64,000 nucleotides of DNA from Paraglomus brasilianum (taxonomy: Eukaryota), in contig CAJVPI010000014.1 of the NCBI GenBank assembly GCA_910592345.1, positions 1 to 64,000 of the forward strand, read 5' to 3'. Of this stretch, positions 28,575-41,319 are shown piece by piece. How positions within the stretch are numbered: position 1 is the first letter of the stretch; each line of letters starts with the position of its first letter. Under the pieces are notes generated by a model that made no database searches, was not told the origin of the DNA, and saw only the letters and a list, made by a program, of their open reading frames with translations. The position numbers were made by a program, and so were the translations under genes.

Positions 28575-29755
28575 ATTTACGCTGAATGTTTGCGTTATGA
28601 CATGCATAGTCATAGTTGTGAGCGTGGAAGTCGGCGCAGTCCGTGGGTTTTTGTTCTTCAGTCGGCGCAGTTGACCATTGTTCGGTTATGGTCATCTGAT
28701 ATATTAATATTAATATCATTGGAGTGGATCCGCATTCCCCCATCCTTGGCAAATATGGCAGGGATGTGTATTTTGATTTTCGCCTTGGCTCAAACTTATA
28801 TACTGTGGCATGGAGCTGCATACCAGGCTCGTTGAGCTCGAAAAGAAGGTTATACGCTGATACATTGTTGTTAAGCAAGTATTTGGTCATTGTTACTGAC
28901 TACTGTTAACATCATTACAAGTTAAAAGAATTAACCGTTTTAAATGCCGAGTTAACTTCTCTAAAGCCGACGGCAGTGAAGTATTTACCATCATTACGCT
29001 CGAACTGTATATTATACATAGTCTTTACACGACTATTTCTTAAAAAAAATAAATAAATAGACAATCTACCAACAAAGGACAAACGCCAGAGTTTTCTTCT
29101 TGGTCAACGATAAGACAACACTAATATCGGAAAAGTCTGGTATGTTTCATTTCTCGAGCAGACAAGTTTGCTATATTGGATAAATCCCAATGTTTTGACT
29201 TTTGGCTGATTTGTTGCAGAAGAACACGCTAAAGTGAAAAATATGCTGGACAGGTTGAAGGAGTGATCGATTGGCCAATTACATGCTTTGTACTCTTAAT
29301 ACTAGAGAGTATTGCACAATGCTTAAACAAATACTGAATACGGTAGTTAAGGAATCGTCTGTTCTCAATGGGCGACCTAATAGCAAATTTCAGTCCTAGC
29401 CTTCAGATCAATAAAGGAGAAATTTGCATATTCAATGAATTATATGGACACCCATTGTAATCCAATTTAGAAGGACCCTCCAATATATGGGTAATGTACC
29501 ACTAGAAATCTTAATATAAGCATTTGATGCAATACAACCACCCTAAATGTTTGATCCACAATGTCTGGAAACTGGATGTCTTTCCGTAAAGCAATCAGTT
29601 AGAGCATCGCCACATCTGTTCTTCTTAACAAGAAAACGGATCAATAAGTGAGCCGTTGGAATTTTTTTTTATTTTTAAATGTCAATGTGTGATGTATAAA
29701 AAAGTAATGGGTTGATTCCACCGATGTGACTGTAGAATTACAACTGTAAATCGAC

Positions 29756-31353
29756 CTATTCATGGAGTCCTAACCTTTCCATTTCCTGTTTAAACGTTTT
29801 GTGTAAGTATAATGTCAACTAGATCCATTATGACTTTAATGGCCAATTATCGTTACCTCTCTTAGAAGGGTGCCCATTTTCGCCGGACTCTTTGATACTA
29901 TCACCCCAGCACTCTCAAGAGCTTTAATCTTATCGGGCGCGGCACCCTTGCCACCAGCGATGATTGCGCCTGCGTGGCCCATGCGTCGACCTGGCGGTGC
30001 TGTCAATCCGGCAATAAATGCGACCACTGGTTTTGGTTGGCTACGGGTGAGGTTATGCTGCTTTAAGAATTCAGACGCCTCCTCCTCTGCTGATCCACCA
30101 ATCTCCCCGATCAATATAATACCTGTGTATTTTTATGTATTATATTAATAATTGCGTACATGCTGCCTATGTTTTAGACGATAAATGACTCACCCTTAGT
30201 GTTGTCGTCATCCAAAAAGAGCCTCAAACAATTGACAAAGTTAGTGCCATTAAAGGGATCCCCTCCAATGCCTACACACAATGTCTGTCCAAGATTTGCA
30301 CGGGTAGTCTGATTAACAGCCTCGTACGTCAAAGTGCCGGATCGAGAGACAATTCCAACACTACCCTTCTTGTGAATATGACCAGGCATTATTCCAATTT
30401 TACAAGCTTCTGGGGCAATTATTCCCGGACAGTTAGGTCCAATCAGCCGTGTCTTTCCTTGTGATTTCAAGGCTTTAATGACCTGAGTGAAAAATTGTAA
30501 TTCGATTCTTAACATTAAAACAAAGACGGCCTAAAACAAGGCTTTTCTTGAAATGCTATATATTATCAAATTAAAGCGTTTATGATTATGTGAACACTTC
30601 CTAATACCAACAAGAAAACGCAGGTTACCTTGACCATATCTTTTTGGGGTATACCTTCCGTTATCGCCACGACCAGCGGGACTTCGGCTTCAACGGCTTC
30701 TAGAATGGCATTTGCAGCGAAAGGGGGAGGGACGTAGATAGCAGAAGCATCTGGTTTCACTTCCCGGACAGCCTACTATGTAGATATACGCGTCGAGGGT
30801 ATATTATTTGAATAGCAACATCTAGAACTTCACTACACTGACCTCCGCAACAGAATTAAACACCGGAAGTCCCAAGTGGGTTTTACCACCTTTACCGGGA
30901 GATACGCCCCCTACGAAATTAGTCCCATAATCTAATGCTTGTTGTGTATGAAAGGTGCCCTGTGCAAAGAAGAATCGATATCCAGATCCTCAATTGAGTA
31001 AGGACTTAAAAGTATTACCAAGCAAAGTTTTGAGTGCTTGCTTTCTGCAGTACCTGGTGACCGGTTATCCCTTGACAGATGACTTTTGTATCTTTTGTCA
31101 AACGCATATTCCAAACCGTGTCGTCATAAACCGAATTTCGGATAGCCGTAGAGGAAAGGGCTCTCTGAGCAGATTTGTAGAGAAGATTCACTGGAATAGG
31201 CAAGGATCGATTGTTTTATTGGGAAAGGGTTGGTTTTTTTTTTCGAGTCAGCGCACGAGCTGCAAACAATCCATACTTGACCATTCGACGGAAATCCGCG
31301 AGATTACCTGAGGAAAGACGAACAAACGAAGTCCGTACATTGTAACGCAACAT
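29756..31353 (-). CDS. LSC1: Succinyl-CoA ligase alpha subunit, mitochondrial
   Basis: Presequence [82 protein letters not shown] (phospho-His). Confidence 0.97.
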
Positions 31354-32075
31354 AGTTCTGACTGAAGAATGGGCAAACGGAGGGGAGAGTGAAGACGTTC
31401 TTCCAGTTGCGAGGATCAGGAGGAAGTAAAATTCTCAAGTACAACACAGCTGTGTGTCGAACTGTGTGGCCCTATGATAATATGTCGATCTTCTGAAAAT
31501 GTAGGATGATCAGATTATGTGGAAAAAATGACGTGTATTTGGATATGTTTGTACAATGTGTCTGGATTGCACGCGTATTAGTATACTTGCTTTTTCAGCC
31601 GCAAATTGATCACTAGTAAGACTTTACCTAGTATTGCTAGTATTAAGCGAATAACATAGTTTAGTCCCAAGCATGCTGACAAGAATGTATGTAGGACTAT
31701 TCTATGCTAAAAACAGAATCTTTTATTCCGACTTTCTTTTACACGTTAACTTTTTGCATGACCAAGCAAGGCATTGGAGGATGAGTTCCCAGCTGACTAA
31801 TTATAGTGATTCACACCCTGTTTCCTCGTCAGTTAGCCCGTCAGCTACTTTCTTGATGCCTCAGCTAATTTATTTAAAAGTGTTGCACTTAGTATTAGAC
31901 AGTAGGCTAATCGTGATTGTCATTGTCACGATATGCAAGTCAACTTTATTGTATAACCGCACCACCATTTATTTCCATTTTTGCTATTACACGTCTCGCG
32001 AAATTACTTTACATGGCAAGTTTGGATTCGTGACCCTTATACGCTGTATTGTGCTGTTAAAAGGTGCACTTTTTG

Positions 32076-32631
32076 TTAATCGTTGCGCGGATGCCTCGGT
32101 CTAGCCGCCTGATCTGCCACAGCATATGAACCAAGGGCGAAAACGGCGTCGACCATAGTCGCATATAATATAACATTTGGGACGTCATTGCCCAAGTACT
32201 TGTACAATCCAGTCAGGCCGCACATAAGTAATCGGTTTAACACTACAAATATATGAGTATCAAGATGTATTTGTGGTAACTGCACATGCGTGTTACATCA
32301 TCATTTACCTGTATTCTTCATAAATTTCTCGTCATCATTCATACTGGCAACAATATGATAATGACCGAGAGCGATCTATAATAGTAATAGCGTCGATTTA
32401 TTGGATTGCAAAGCCTTCAACTTTCTGATCATTCAATGGCGGTAAACGTACCATAGGAATCCCCAATAGCCTATACGCAGTCTGAACCTGTCCGAGCTGA
32501 GCCGAGATTGGAGATTGGATGGCTAAACCTGGGTTAAAAAACAATGAAACACCTTCTGCAACATTGATCGTTCCTTGGATCATGTGCAATGTAGTAGGGC
32601 GAACATAGGAGTATAATCCATTGGAAGACAT
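32076..32631 (-). CDS. Small uncharacterised multi-pass membrane protein, 3 exons
   Basis: MSSNG..RLLGIPM | IALGHYHIVASMNDDEKFMKNT | ..LLMCGLTGLY..VDAVFALGSY; canonical GT-AG introns and hydrophobic segments. Confidence 0.65.
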
Positions 32632-35093
32632 GGCAAAGTCGTATTTTGAGAGTGATTTTGATAGTATGCAAGTAAACAGTTGTTGGTTTTGGGGGCGTAT
32701 TTATATCATTGAAATAGGTGATGTAACATTTACGTCGCGGTTGTGTACATACTTTTTGTATAGTATTTACCTTTGATGACGTATCAATTACATACATATG
32801 GCGGATTCTCTACCAATAGATTATACTGACTGCGGACGTTGATCTGAACGTGGTGATTATATATATAGCCAAATGATCATAAGAGGTCTCGGAGTTCGAA
32901 ACTGCTAAACGCCACAAACTGTCTACCTCGGATTTTGTCCGCAATCGCGATTTATTTTGAAGCGGTATCTGTGATGACCCTTAGTTTTGCAATTTGTTCG
33001 CGACTTTGATGCAATTGCAAAAATCAAACAGCCAAAGAGTTTGAAAATAAAAGCTACGATGAATGCCAGTAGCATTCAATTTATTTTCGCAGCTACATCT
33101 CTTTTTTAATTCTAATGTTGAACTGCTTCATGGGCTTGTCTTTATAGGGTTGGAAATTGTCATCGTGGAAACAGCGAAAGCCTTTCCTCTGCCAAATATC
33201 TTGTAGATTAGGAACAGATAGAAATGTTGAATCCAACTCGGCTTTTTATCAAAATTAAGAGAATTTTGTTTGCCGAAACGTTGCAAGTTTCCAGATTCTA
33301 TAGTCTTGTTAATTGTATTGTGGAGTCGGATTATTACAAGTTTGCTATTTTGCAATGATCTAAAACCGAATTTATCAATACTCCAAAAAGAAATTTGCTT
33401 GTAAAAGTAGCGTTCTTGCAAAAAGTTATTGATAAAGAATTTTATATTTGTTTTTATTAGTTTATGTGTCATGGGTTGTGTTTTTTGAAAGTGAGTAAAT
33501 TGTGTTGTTTTATAGTAAAACCTTCGTTCATTTTGGGTTGCTTAACTAGGCAAACGCGAATTATAGCAATAGCAAGTGAGCTCTTGCTGTGCGAGAAAGC
33601 GGATTATGGGAGATCGGGTTGTAAATATCATAAAGTATTACGTAAATTGTAGCGGTAGTGGGTTAACTCCTGTTTGATGGGCTTTAAAGCCTTAATAAAA
33701 AACGCTTCCTCAAACTGGATCTCCGTGTATATCAATCATTAAACCACTTCAACGTCCACTTGGGACTGCTAACGAAATGCTTGAAGATAATATTACAACG
33801 AAAAAAATGTTCCTGATTTTCGTAAACGTGTTAATGTTAACGTTACTATTTAATGTCAATAATCCTGTTGCTCGAATTATTAAATCAAATACGCTAATTA
33901 TTGCTCGACCTTTTTTACTTCTCGAGGAAGAGTATGTAATAATCTAAGGGCGGTATCTGCAAACATTTTCTCTCTTGGTGTATTCCAACACCATCACCAC
34001 TCAAAGAAAGTACCACTATAGTAAATTGTTTATCATCTCTTTACGAGTACTTTGCAATGGATAATATGGATCGATTTGGCCTTTGCATTTTGTTAAATAT
34101 TTTCGTATTTATGGAAGTGTTTAATATATAATCTTGAGGCACGTAGTCTTTGTTCTTCGTTCTACTTTTATATTATCCAAAACAATTCGTCGGTAAACGG
34201 GCGGGAAACGCAGATCGCGCGAAAATCCAGATCGCCGCCCTGCCGCGGGCAGTGTTGCACAAACGCTCGCAAGTCCATATTGTAGCTTAATTTTGCTTAG
34301 TTGACGATGACGAGTAGTGGATGAATCGGACCAAGTTTCACAAGATGTTTTGAACAAGGATAATCCCTTGGGGTAAGCATCTTGTTGATTTCACTCTGAG
34401 CATTCTTGAGTTCAGTAAATATGCAACGACAATGAGTTTAGTATAATATGCAAAAGAGCTTGTTTAAAATAGCGATTAAACAAGTTATTATTATTATTAT
34501 TATGTCGATTTTCGGGGGGCGTATTATCATGTATGACCAATCACTGTCAGCGAAAATTGTTCGACAATTCGATTTTGGATCGGTGGGCTAACACCCACTA
34601 GTTCATTTAAGCCAGACAATTGGCTGGTAGGCGTTTTTCGCAGTTGCCAACTTGCTATTGTGCAAGCAGTGCGTTGCGTTGTCTAAAACGCAATTAAAAG
34701 TCATTTCCCACCCTGCAAAACGTTAATTTCGGTAGAACGCAGTGCTATAGTTTTCATTCATAGGACCATTTCGAAGAACACAGCATGTCCAAGTCGCTAA
34801 ACATGATGCATTTGCGGTATGTGAGCAAGGAGATATTTTTAATATCTGTTGAATAAGCTCTGCGCGTCCTATGCGTGATTTTATCATTATCTAAAGATTG
34901 GTCTCTGTGTCAACCAATGTTATCATTCCCATATGTATTTGGTATTCACTCTGTGCCCATTGTCCCTACTGTATGCGGGTTCATGATCATCGTTCTGCAG
35001 CGATGTGCGTTTATAAAGTGATAGAAAACACTCGATATACCAATTGTCTCATTTTCTCCCATTCCCCCATTCTTCTCATAATACTTTGCAAGA

Positions 35094-37433
35094 ATGACCA
35101 CGCAAATACTGGAAGCAACTATAGACTCCAAGTCTTGCTCTGTTTCGTTCGATGGAGAAAATATCGTCTTTGGTCCAAACGGTACGTTAACAATTACATA
35201 ATGTCATATTTTTCCGCATAGAAAGGAGTCCCAAGCTTTTTATAGAGGTTTGCTTATCATTGTACTGCTGTGATAAAATCTTCCATGAATATTTGTACCA
35301 TAACACACCAGTATGACTCCGACACTTCCTATAGGAAACGCTCGAAGTGTCAACTGGACTTCGGCTCGAAGTGTGTATTGGTCTTCCAACGGTTGATTAA
35401 TGTCATGAATTTGGGAGTAATTGAAGTGACTGCTGAATAAGCGATTTGCTGTTGATTCATTCTTTATACGCTTTTGATCTTTTGCTTATCTAATGCTGAA
35501 TTTAGAGGGTATAAAATCAATTCCCGCCCTTAATGTCTTGAATGTTACTTTGGAAGATGAACATAGCATCAAGATACTGGTTGCATCTCCAAAGGGATCT
35601 AATAAACTGCGAGTCAAAACCATTGAACTAGTAGCAGCCGATGCCGAAAAGGCTAAAGAATGGGTACCGTTAGTAAATAGGGCTGCATACAAGGGTATTT
35701 ATAAAACAGAAGACGATTAACTTGGTGCAAAAGCACAAGATGATCTTAGAACGCAATGGTGCATACAAGCGATATTCCAATAATTTACCATTATCCAATC
35801 CAATTCTTCAGATTCCAAGAGAGGCAAACGTTTCAAAGTCATCATCAACCCGTTCAGCGGCACTGGGAAAGCGTCGGAAACATTTCATAAGGAAGTAAAG
35901 CCATTGTTCGAAGCTGCTGGATCCACATGGGATATTACACGTACGTATCGATCCGACATCTTATTATAAATGTGACATCACGCATTCCCATATCCTTTTA
36001 TGATCGGAATTCTAATCTTAACGTCTCCACTCTCAGTCACCGAAAGGAAAAATCATGCTAAAGAAATAGCACAGACGCTGGCCCTTAGTATGTACGATGC
36101 TATAGTCACCGTAAGTGGTGACGGGATTGTGCATGAACTAATTAACGGCTTGCTATCAAGACCAGACGCAGCCGAAATTACGATTCCCATTGGATGTATC
36201 CCGGGTGGTACGTAAATACGTAAAGTAAGAAGCAGAGCTTAATATATCAAATTTGTAATGTCGTTTATTGATGCATAATTACAGGCAGTGGAAATGGCAT
36301 ATCGGTTTCTCTCACTGGAAATAAATATGGATACAGTGCTTCATATTCCGCTTTGGGCGTCATCAAAGGTGTGACTAACTTGCAAACTCGCAACCATTAC
36401 GAGAGTCTATTTGCAAGATGAGTTGTTGTTTCGTTACTCATCTTACGTGGACACGATTACGTTATATTTTAGGCAAATCATTCAAAATGGATATCTGCTC
36501 AATAACTCAAGGAGAGAACCGCTATTTCAGCTTTATTTCCCAGACTTACGGTATCGTGGCTGATTGTGATCTGGGCACCGAGCATCTCAGGTAAGATAAT
36601 ATTCTTCGTGTACACTATGTAACTATCCGAAAACCCCTCCAGACAGTTTTTTTTTCCTCGTTACATTGCAATCAGATGGATGGGCGATCTACGCTTTACT
36701 TGGGGTGCTCTCAAATACATCCTTCAAGGCAAACGCTATAGCTGCCAAATAGCTGTAAAGGTGGAGGAAAACGATATCCAAACAATCAAAGAATCGTACC
36801 GTAATTCACAGCAGAACTCTAAAGCTGCCGTACCATCGGCAAAAGACACTATTTCGGGATCTATTATAGACACTTACGGTTCAGTCAATGATTCAGTACC
36901 GAATGATTGGACTGTTTACGATGAAGATATTTGGATGTTTTGGGCTGGAAAAATCCCATATGTCGCAAGGGACATGTGTTGTTTCCCTTGCGCTTCACCT
37001 AATGACGGTTTTTTGGACCTAATGATTGCATTTAAGAAGAATGTTAGTCGAACGAAGGCAATTAAATTCATGGGATGGATGGAAACTGGAAAGCATATCG
37101 ATGCCGAGGAGGTATGTTATTATAAAAGAAAATATGCCAAACGATTGTTGGTGCATTCGCCGTTGTACAACTTTTAGATCCCCCCTCTCGTTTTATGAAG
37201 TCGTCAAACATATTTAGCGTTATCATAACTCATGAAATTCATTCTTTCAATTGTAACCACAGATTATCTACTGCAAAGTAAAGGCATTCCGTTTAATTCC
37301 CAAGACCCGCGCAAACACATACATATCAATTGATGGAGAAAGTGAGCCTGTAGAGCCAATCCAAGTTGAAGTTCATTCTCAACTGATTAACTTCTTGTCA
37401 TTGACGGGGAAGTATGCTCCAGTTAAAATATAA
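35094..37433 (+). CDS. LCB4: Sphingoid long-chain base kinase (Lcb4/Lcb5/SphK family)
   Basis: VIINPFSGTGKA, TERKNHAKEIA, VSGDGIVHELINGL, CIPGG/SGNG, DCDLGTEHLR/WMGDLRFTWG, ISIDGE; start codon inferred from an in-phase first exon. Confidence 0.9.
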
Positions 37434-38439
37434 ACAGCAATTCCTTAACATTTTTTATCCTTACATAGAGACTTCTTAGACTTGAGATTTACGGGGTTGA
37501 AATTTCCGATCAGATTTATAGTTGGGTCGATTTAGTTATAATATCGCAACGTTAATTATTCGTTTGCTAGATTAATAAATGTATTACTACAATGAATAGA
37601 CAATGTACATAACTCGTCACCATCGTGTTGAACTATATCGGTAGATAGGTCGGTTTGTTTATAAAGACCTCGGCATGTCGTTTCCAATTTCAATGAACGT
37701 TTACTCCGTAGACTCGGGCCCTGTAAATAGTAATATGAAACGATGAGGTTAGCATGCTTGTATAAATTTTATCGGAGGTACTGTATTTCTTCGCGAGATA
37801 TGGTTAGTCAGATACCGTACGTAGTCATTTATGTCTTGTCATATGTTCGTATAGAAATGAACAATCCAAACTTAACAATGTGTCATCATATGAACGAACT
37901 TTATTACTATGCATTCAATCGTAATAGTCCTTACCTCGTCAATACTTTCATCATTTCCCAATTTGAGACGTGCCCTGTCAATGTGTCAATGCAAATCGTC
38001 AAAGAAATGATAGATAACGTTCGTGAGCAGGACCCAAAGTGGCGCCCTATCTCTTATATAAACGCTAGCTAGATTCTATCGTTGAAAGTTATTGTGTCGT
38101 TGTGGTGTGTCCGTGTTCCGATGTTGTGCAGTGATAGGCAAGTACCATTTTCTGGAGAAACCTTTTCTGTGTATTGATTGTTGATTGACTTTTACAGGAA
38201 AATACGTCCGCAAGGATCCGTAGAGTAAGAGACACGCCTCAAATTCTGGGTCCTCTTGGGTCGCATGTAATATACCGAATGATTTTGTTGGATTCCCAAG
38301 TGGAGTGACATCATGGGGAACGATTTTTCCAAAAAAAAAAAAATTTTTTTTAAATTTTCGAGAAAATTTCATTTTATATAATCCGATTTCGTCACAATTA
38401 CTGATATGGCAATTGCTCAGATTTAAGATTCTATGTTAA

Positions 38440-38810
38440 CCAGAAAAAGGCAATAAACAAATATTCAATCTCTTTCAGATTGACTTGTCAATGTTAACTG
38501 ACAGTTGCTATAAAAAATGGAAAAGGCTCTCAATACTTAGGTCTTAACTCTGTGTTGGGGATTTTCTTTAAGAAATTGAGTGGTTTAAAAAAATATCAGC
38601 ATTTTCTTTTTGAAGCTCAGCTGGTTGCTAATGGTGCTTATACAGAATTTGATTCATTAAAAAGCAGGAAAGCAAATATTTCTGGAATAATAATAACCAA
38701 AGAAATTAAAACTTTTCCATCCTAGTATTAACCCCTCCTCCTTTGGATTACCGAAAGCAAGAGCATGCATTTGTCAGAGATGAATTTAAAGACCATGACT
38801 ACCAATTAAT
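38440..38810 (+). pseudogene. C-terminal fragment of a Sola-like transposase
   Basis: Reads (K)NGKGSQYLGLNSVLGIFFKKLSGLKKYQHFLFEA..QLVANGAYTEF..LTPPPLDYRKQE..AFVRDEFKD; resembles the KKYQHFxF-type C-terminus recalled for this family; CpG-free. Confidence 0.5.
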
Positions 38811-40257
38811 AAATTTAAAATAAATGCCCTCTATTGCTTTATGACTCGACAATATTAAATTGTCCCTCGCTCTTTTAATAACGATAAGTTAATCTCTCAA
38901 CGCTTGTGTTTTCATTCAAACACATATTATGGCGTTGGTGAATGGAAGTAGTAATAATGTTTCTTTGGACGAATTTATGGATATCTACCCATTATTCGTT
39001 ATTGATTGAGAAAAACAAAGTGAACGACTCAAAGCCGAATTCGGTGCCAATGTTCTGGTTGATACAGTGAGTTGACGATCGATTGTTCTCTTGCGATTGT
39101 TGACTCGATAACAGATAAAATGTGACGTCTTGTCACGATTGAAACAATTTTTTTGACATGTCCCGAAAAGCGTCCTGTTTTGCCATAAAAAAGGACCGGC
39201 TAAATTAATTATTTACAGAGGCTTTGCCCCGAGTTGTTTATTCAAGTGATGATAGCTTTTACATTCGCGCCGTCATTCAGAGACATTATGGTATTTCTGG
39301 CACAGTATTTGCGTCGTCATTCGAATGACGATGAATTATTTTAACCGGGCTCAAGTTTTTTGATAAGCTAACCTAACCAGAACACTAGTCCAACTAGTTT
39401 TCGAATTTCCTTGAATGGCGTGCAAACGGGTGAAGTCATTATCATTTTTCCCGGTAAGTCAAAGAACAATAAACGCGATTTTTGAATAACCATAACTTTA
39501 AACGTCATGAATTCTATTACTAATTAAAATTTTACAGATGTTTTTATAAATATTTTTAATAAAAGCATTCAGGCAAGTAAACTGACACTTACCTTCGATA
39601 GGTCCCTCGCATGACGAAAGGAAACTTGCTGCATGTCAGAAGAAACTGGCAGTATTTTATACATAAACTTGAGTGAGAGTTTCAGTAAATGCAAAAATAT
39701 AAAGTCACAACCGCCTTTCAACTTTGCCTGATTAAGTATATTATTATTTATTTCCCATTTAGAATAGTGACTTAAAAATACCAAATCGTCAAGCGGGTAT
39801 TCCCTCAGAGAAAAGGCTGGCAAAATGTATAGCGACCTTCTTGATTCATACGCGCATATCATATTACGAGAGTGTATGTTCACCCTTTGCACTCTTATCA
39901 ATCATCCCCCTAATCTACGCTATAAATTCATTACGTACAAGTCGCGGTACTCACGATGAAGATCGTCAATAAATAACACAACTCGTCCGATACCAGTTTG
40001 ACTTCTGATCGATAAAGCAGTAGTAATTGGTCATAATCGGTCATCTAACTTTGTTTCCACCTTTTGTTTTGCAACATACTGATTCTTGTCGCAGAACACG
40101 TAAATTTGTGCGACTTCAAAATTTTGTAAGATTTTACGATTTTCTTGTACTGTTTGTCAAGCGGAAATCGTCCTGATCGTGTCACGTTACACTATCGCTT
40201 GAACACTTTGTCTTCAGACAATCCAGCGAAGAAGCTTGAGTATTAATAGTAGTAATA

Positions 40258-41319
40258 ATGTCTGACAACGAAGGAGCTTCAAATAGTTGAGTGTCTTTCC
40301 CATGTGGACTAAGAATTCTATCACACATGAACAGCAATTGTGTCAACAAGAATGTGACAAGTTGTTTGCGTGTATTTGTTGAGAGTTCTGTTTATTGAAT
40401 TAATTCGTAGGCATTGAGTCAATTAACTGGCTCGATTAACTCTATTGTACTTTTAGATGAACTTCTCTTGGTAGCCGCAAAGCAAGATAGCGAAGATATT
40501 TTTGAAGATATATTATCGCAGCCTAACACCTATAACATTAATCATGCCGACAGCATAGGAAATACTGCTCTCCATTATGCGTAAGTACGGACATTGCAAC
40601 ATTCTACCATATTCAATTGAGAGTGTTTGTTGTTTTTTTTGATTCGTTGTCTTGTCGCATAGATTCTGCATAGTGAATAAAAAGTTATCACTTTAGTGAT
40701 TGAATATCTAATTCACCTCAGTGCTCAATTCGGCTCTCTTACGTTGGTACGACGGTTACTTGGACAGAAAAACATCAACGTCAATTCTCAAAATACAATA
40801 TTAGGCGATACACCTTTGCACAAAGCTGTTCAATATACGGACGTTCCTGCCGATGCTTATGAAATTGGTAGGCTTACTTAATCTTAGTATGGCATATGCG
40901 CAATGCTGATACAAGAGGATCAATTCGTGGGTGTTTAAACAAAAGCTTTCTTTATGTTGTAGTTGAAGAGCTTCTTAATGCTGGTGCGAATCCTAGGTAA
41001 ACGAAAGAACGATTGACGATATTTTCGATCGAGCTGTCTCAATTTACCGTCCATATTCAATAACGTTTTCTTAGGACACGAAATAAAAATGGACAGAGGC
41101 CCAATGAACTAGTCAATCCAGGAAATCAAGACCTAACAAAACTCCTACAACAAGCTGTTGCTGGCCTTGAAGCGGTAAATCTAATCGTCGTGTTTGCAAT
41201 CAATATATAGCATTCAACCAATTGACTCCCTTTTCTTTTTTATCTAGGATGTAAGTGAAATAGCGCAGGACGATGACTCTGATGATGACGAACCACCAAG
41301 TGATGTAAGCGAAGATTGA
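40258..41319 (+). CDS. Small ankyrin-repeat protein with acidic tail, 6 exons
   Basis: MSDNEGASN/ELLLVAAKQD..HADSIGNTALHYA/AQFGS..LGDTPLHKAV../VEELLNAGANPR/TRNKNGQRP..DDDSDDDEPPSDVSED*. Confidence 0.88.

Noticed and set aside
32850..32915. B-box-like GAGTTCGAAAC suggesting tRNA or SINE
   Set aside because: No cloverleaf can be formed; no tRNA or rRNA recognised anywhere in the window.
35990..36030. ATATCCTTT..TCTTAAC..AC inside a kinase intron (possible nested AT-AC intron)
   Set aside because: Would be only ~40 nt; the enclosing GT-AG intron already restores the reading frame.
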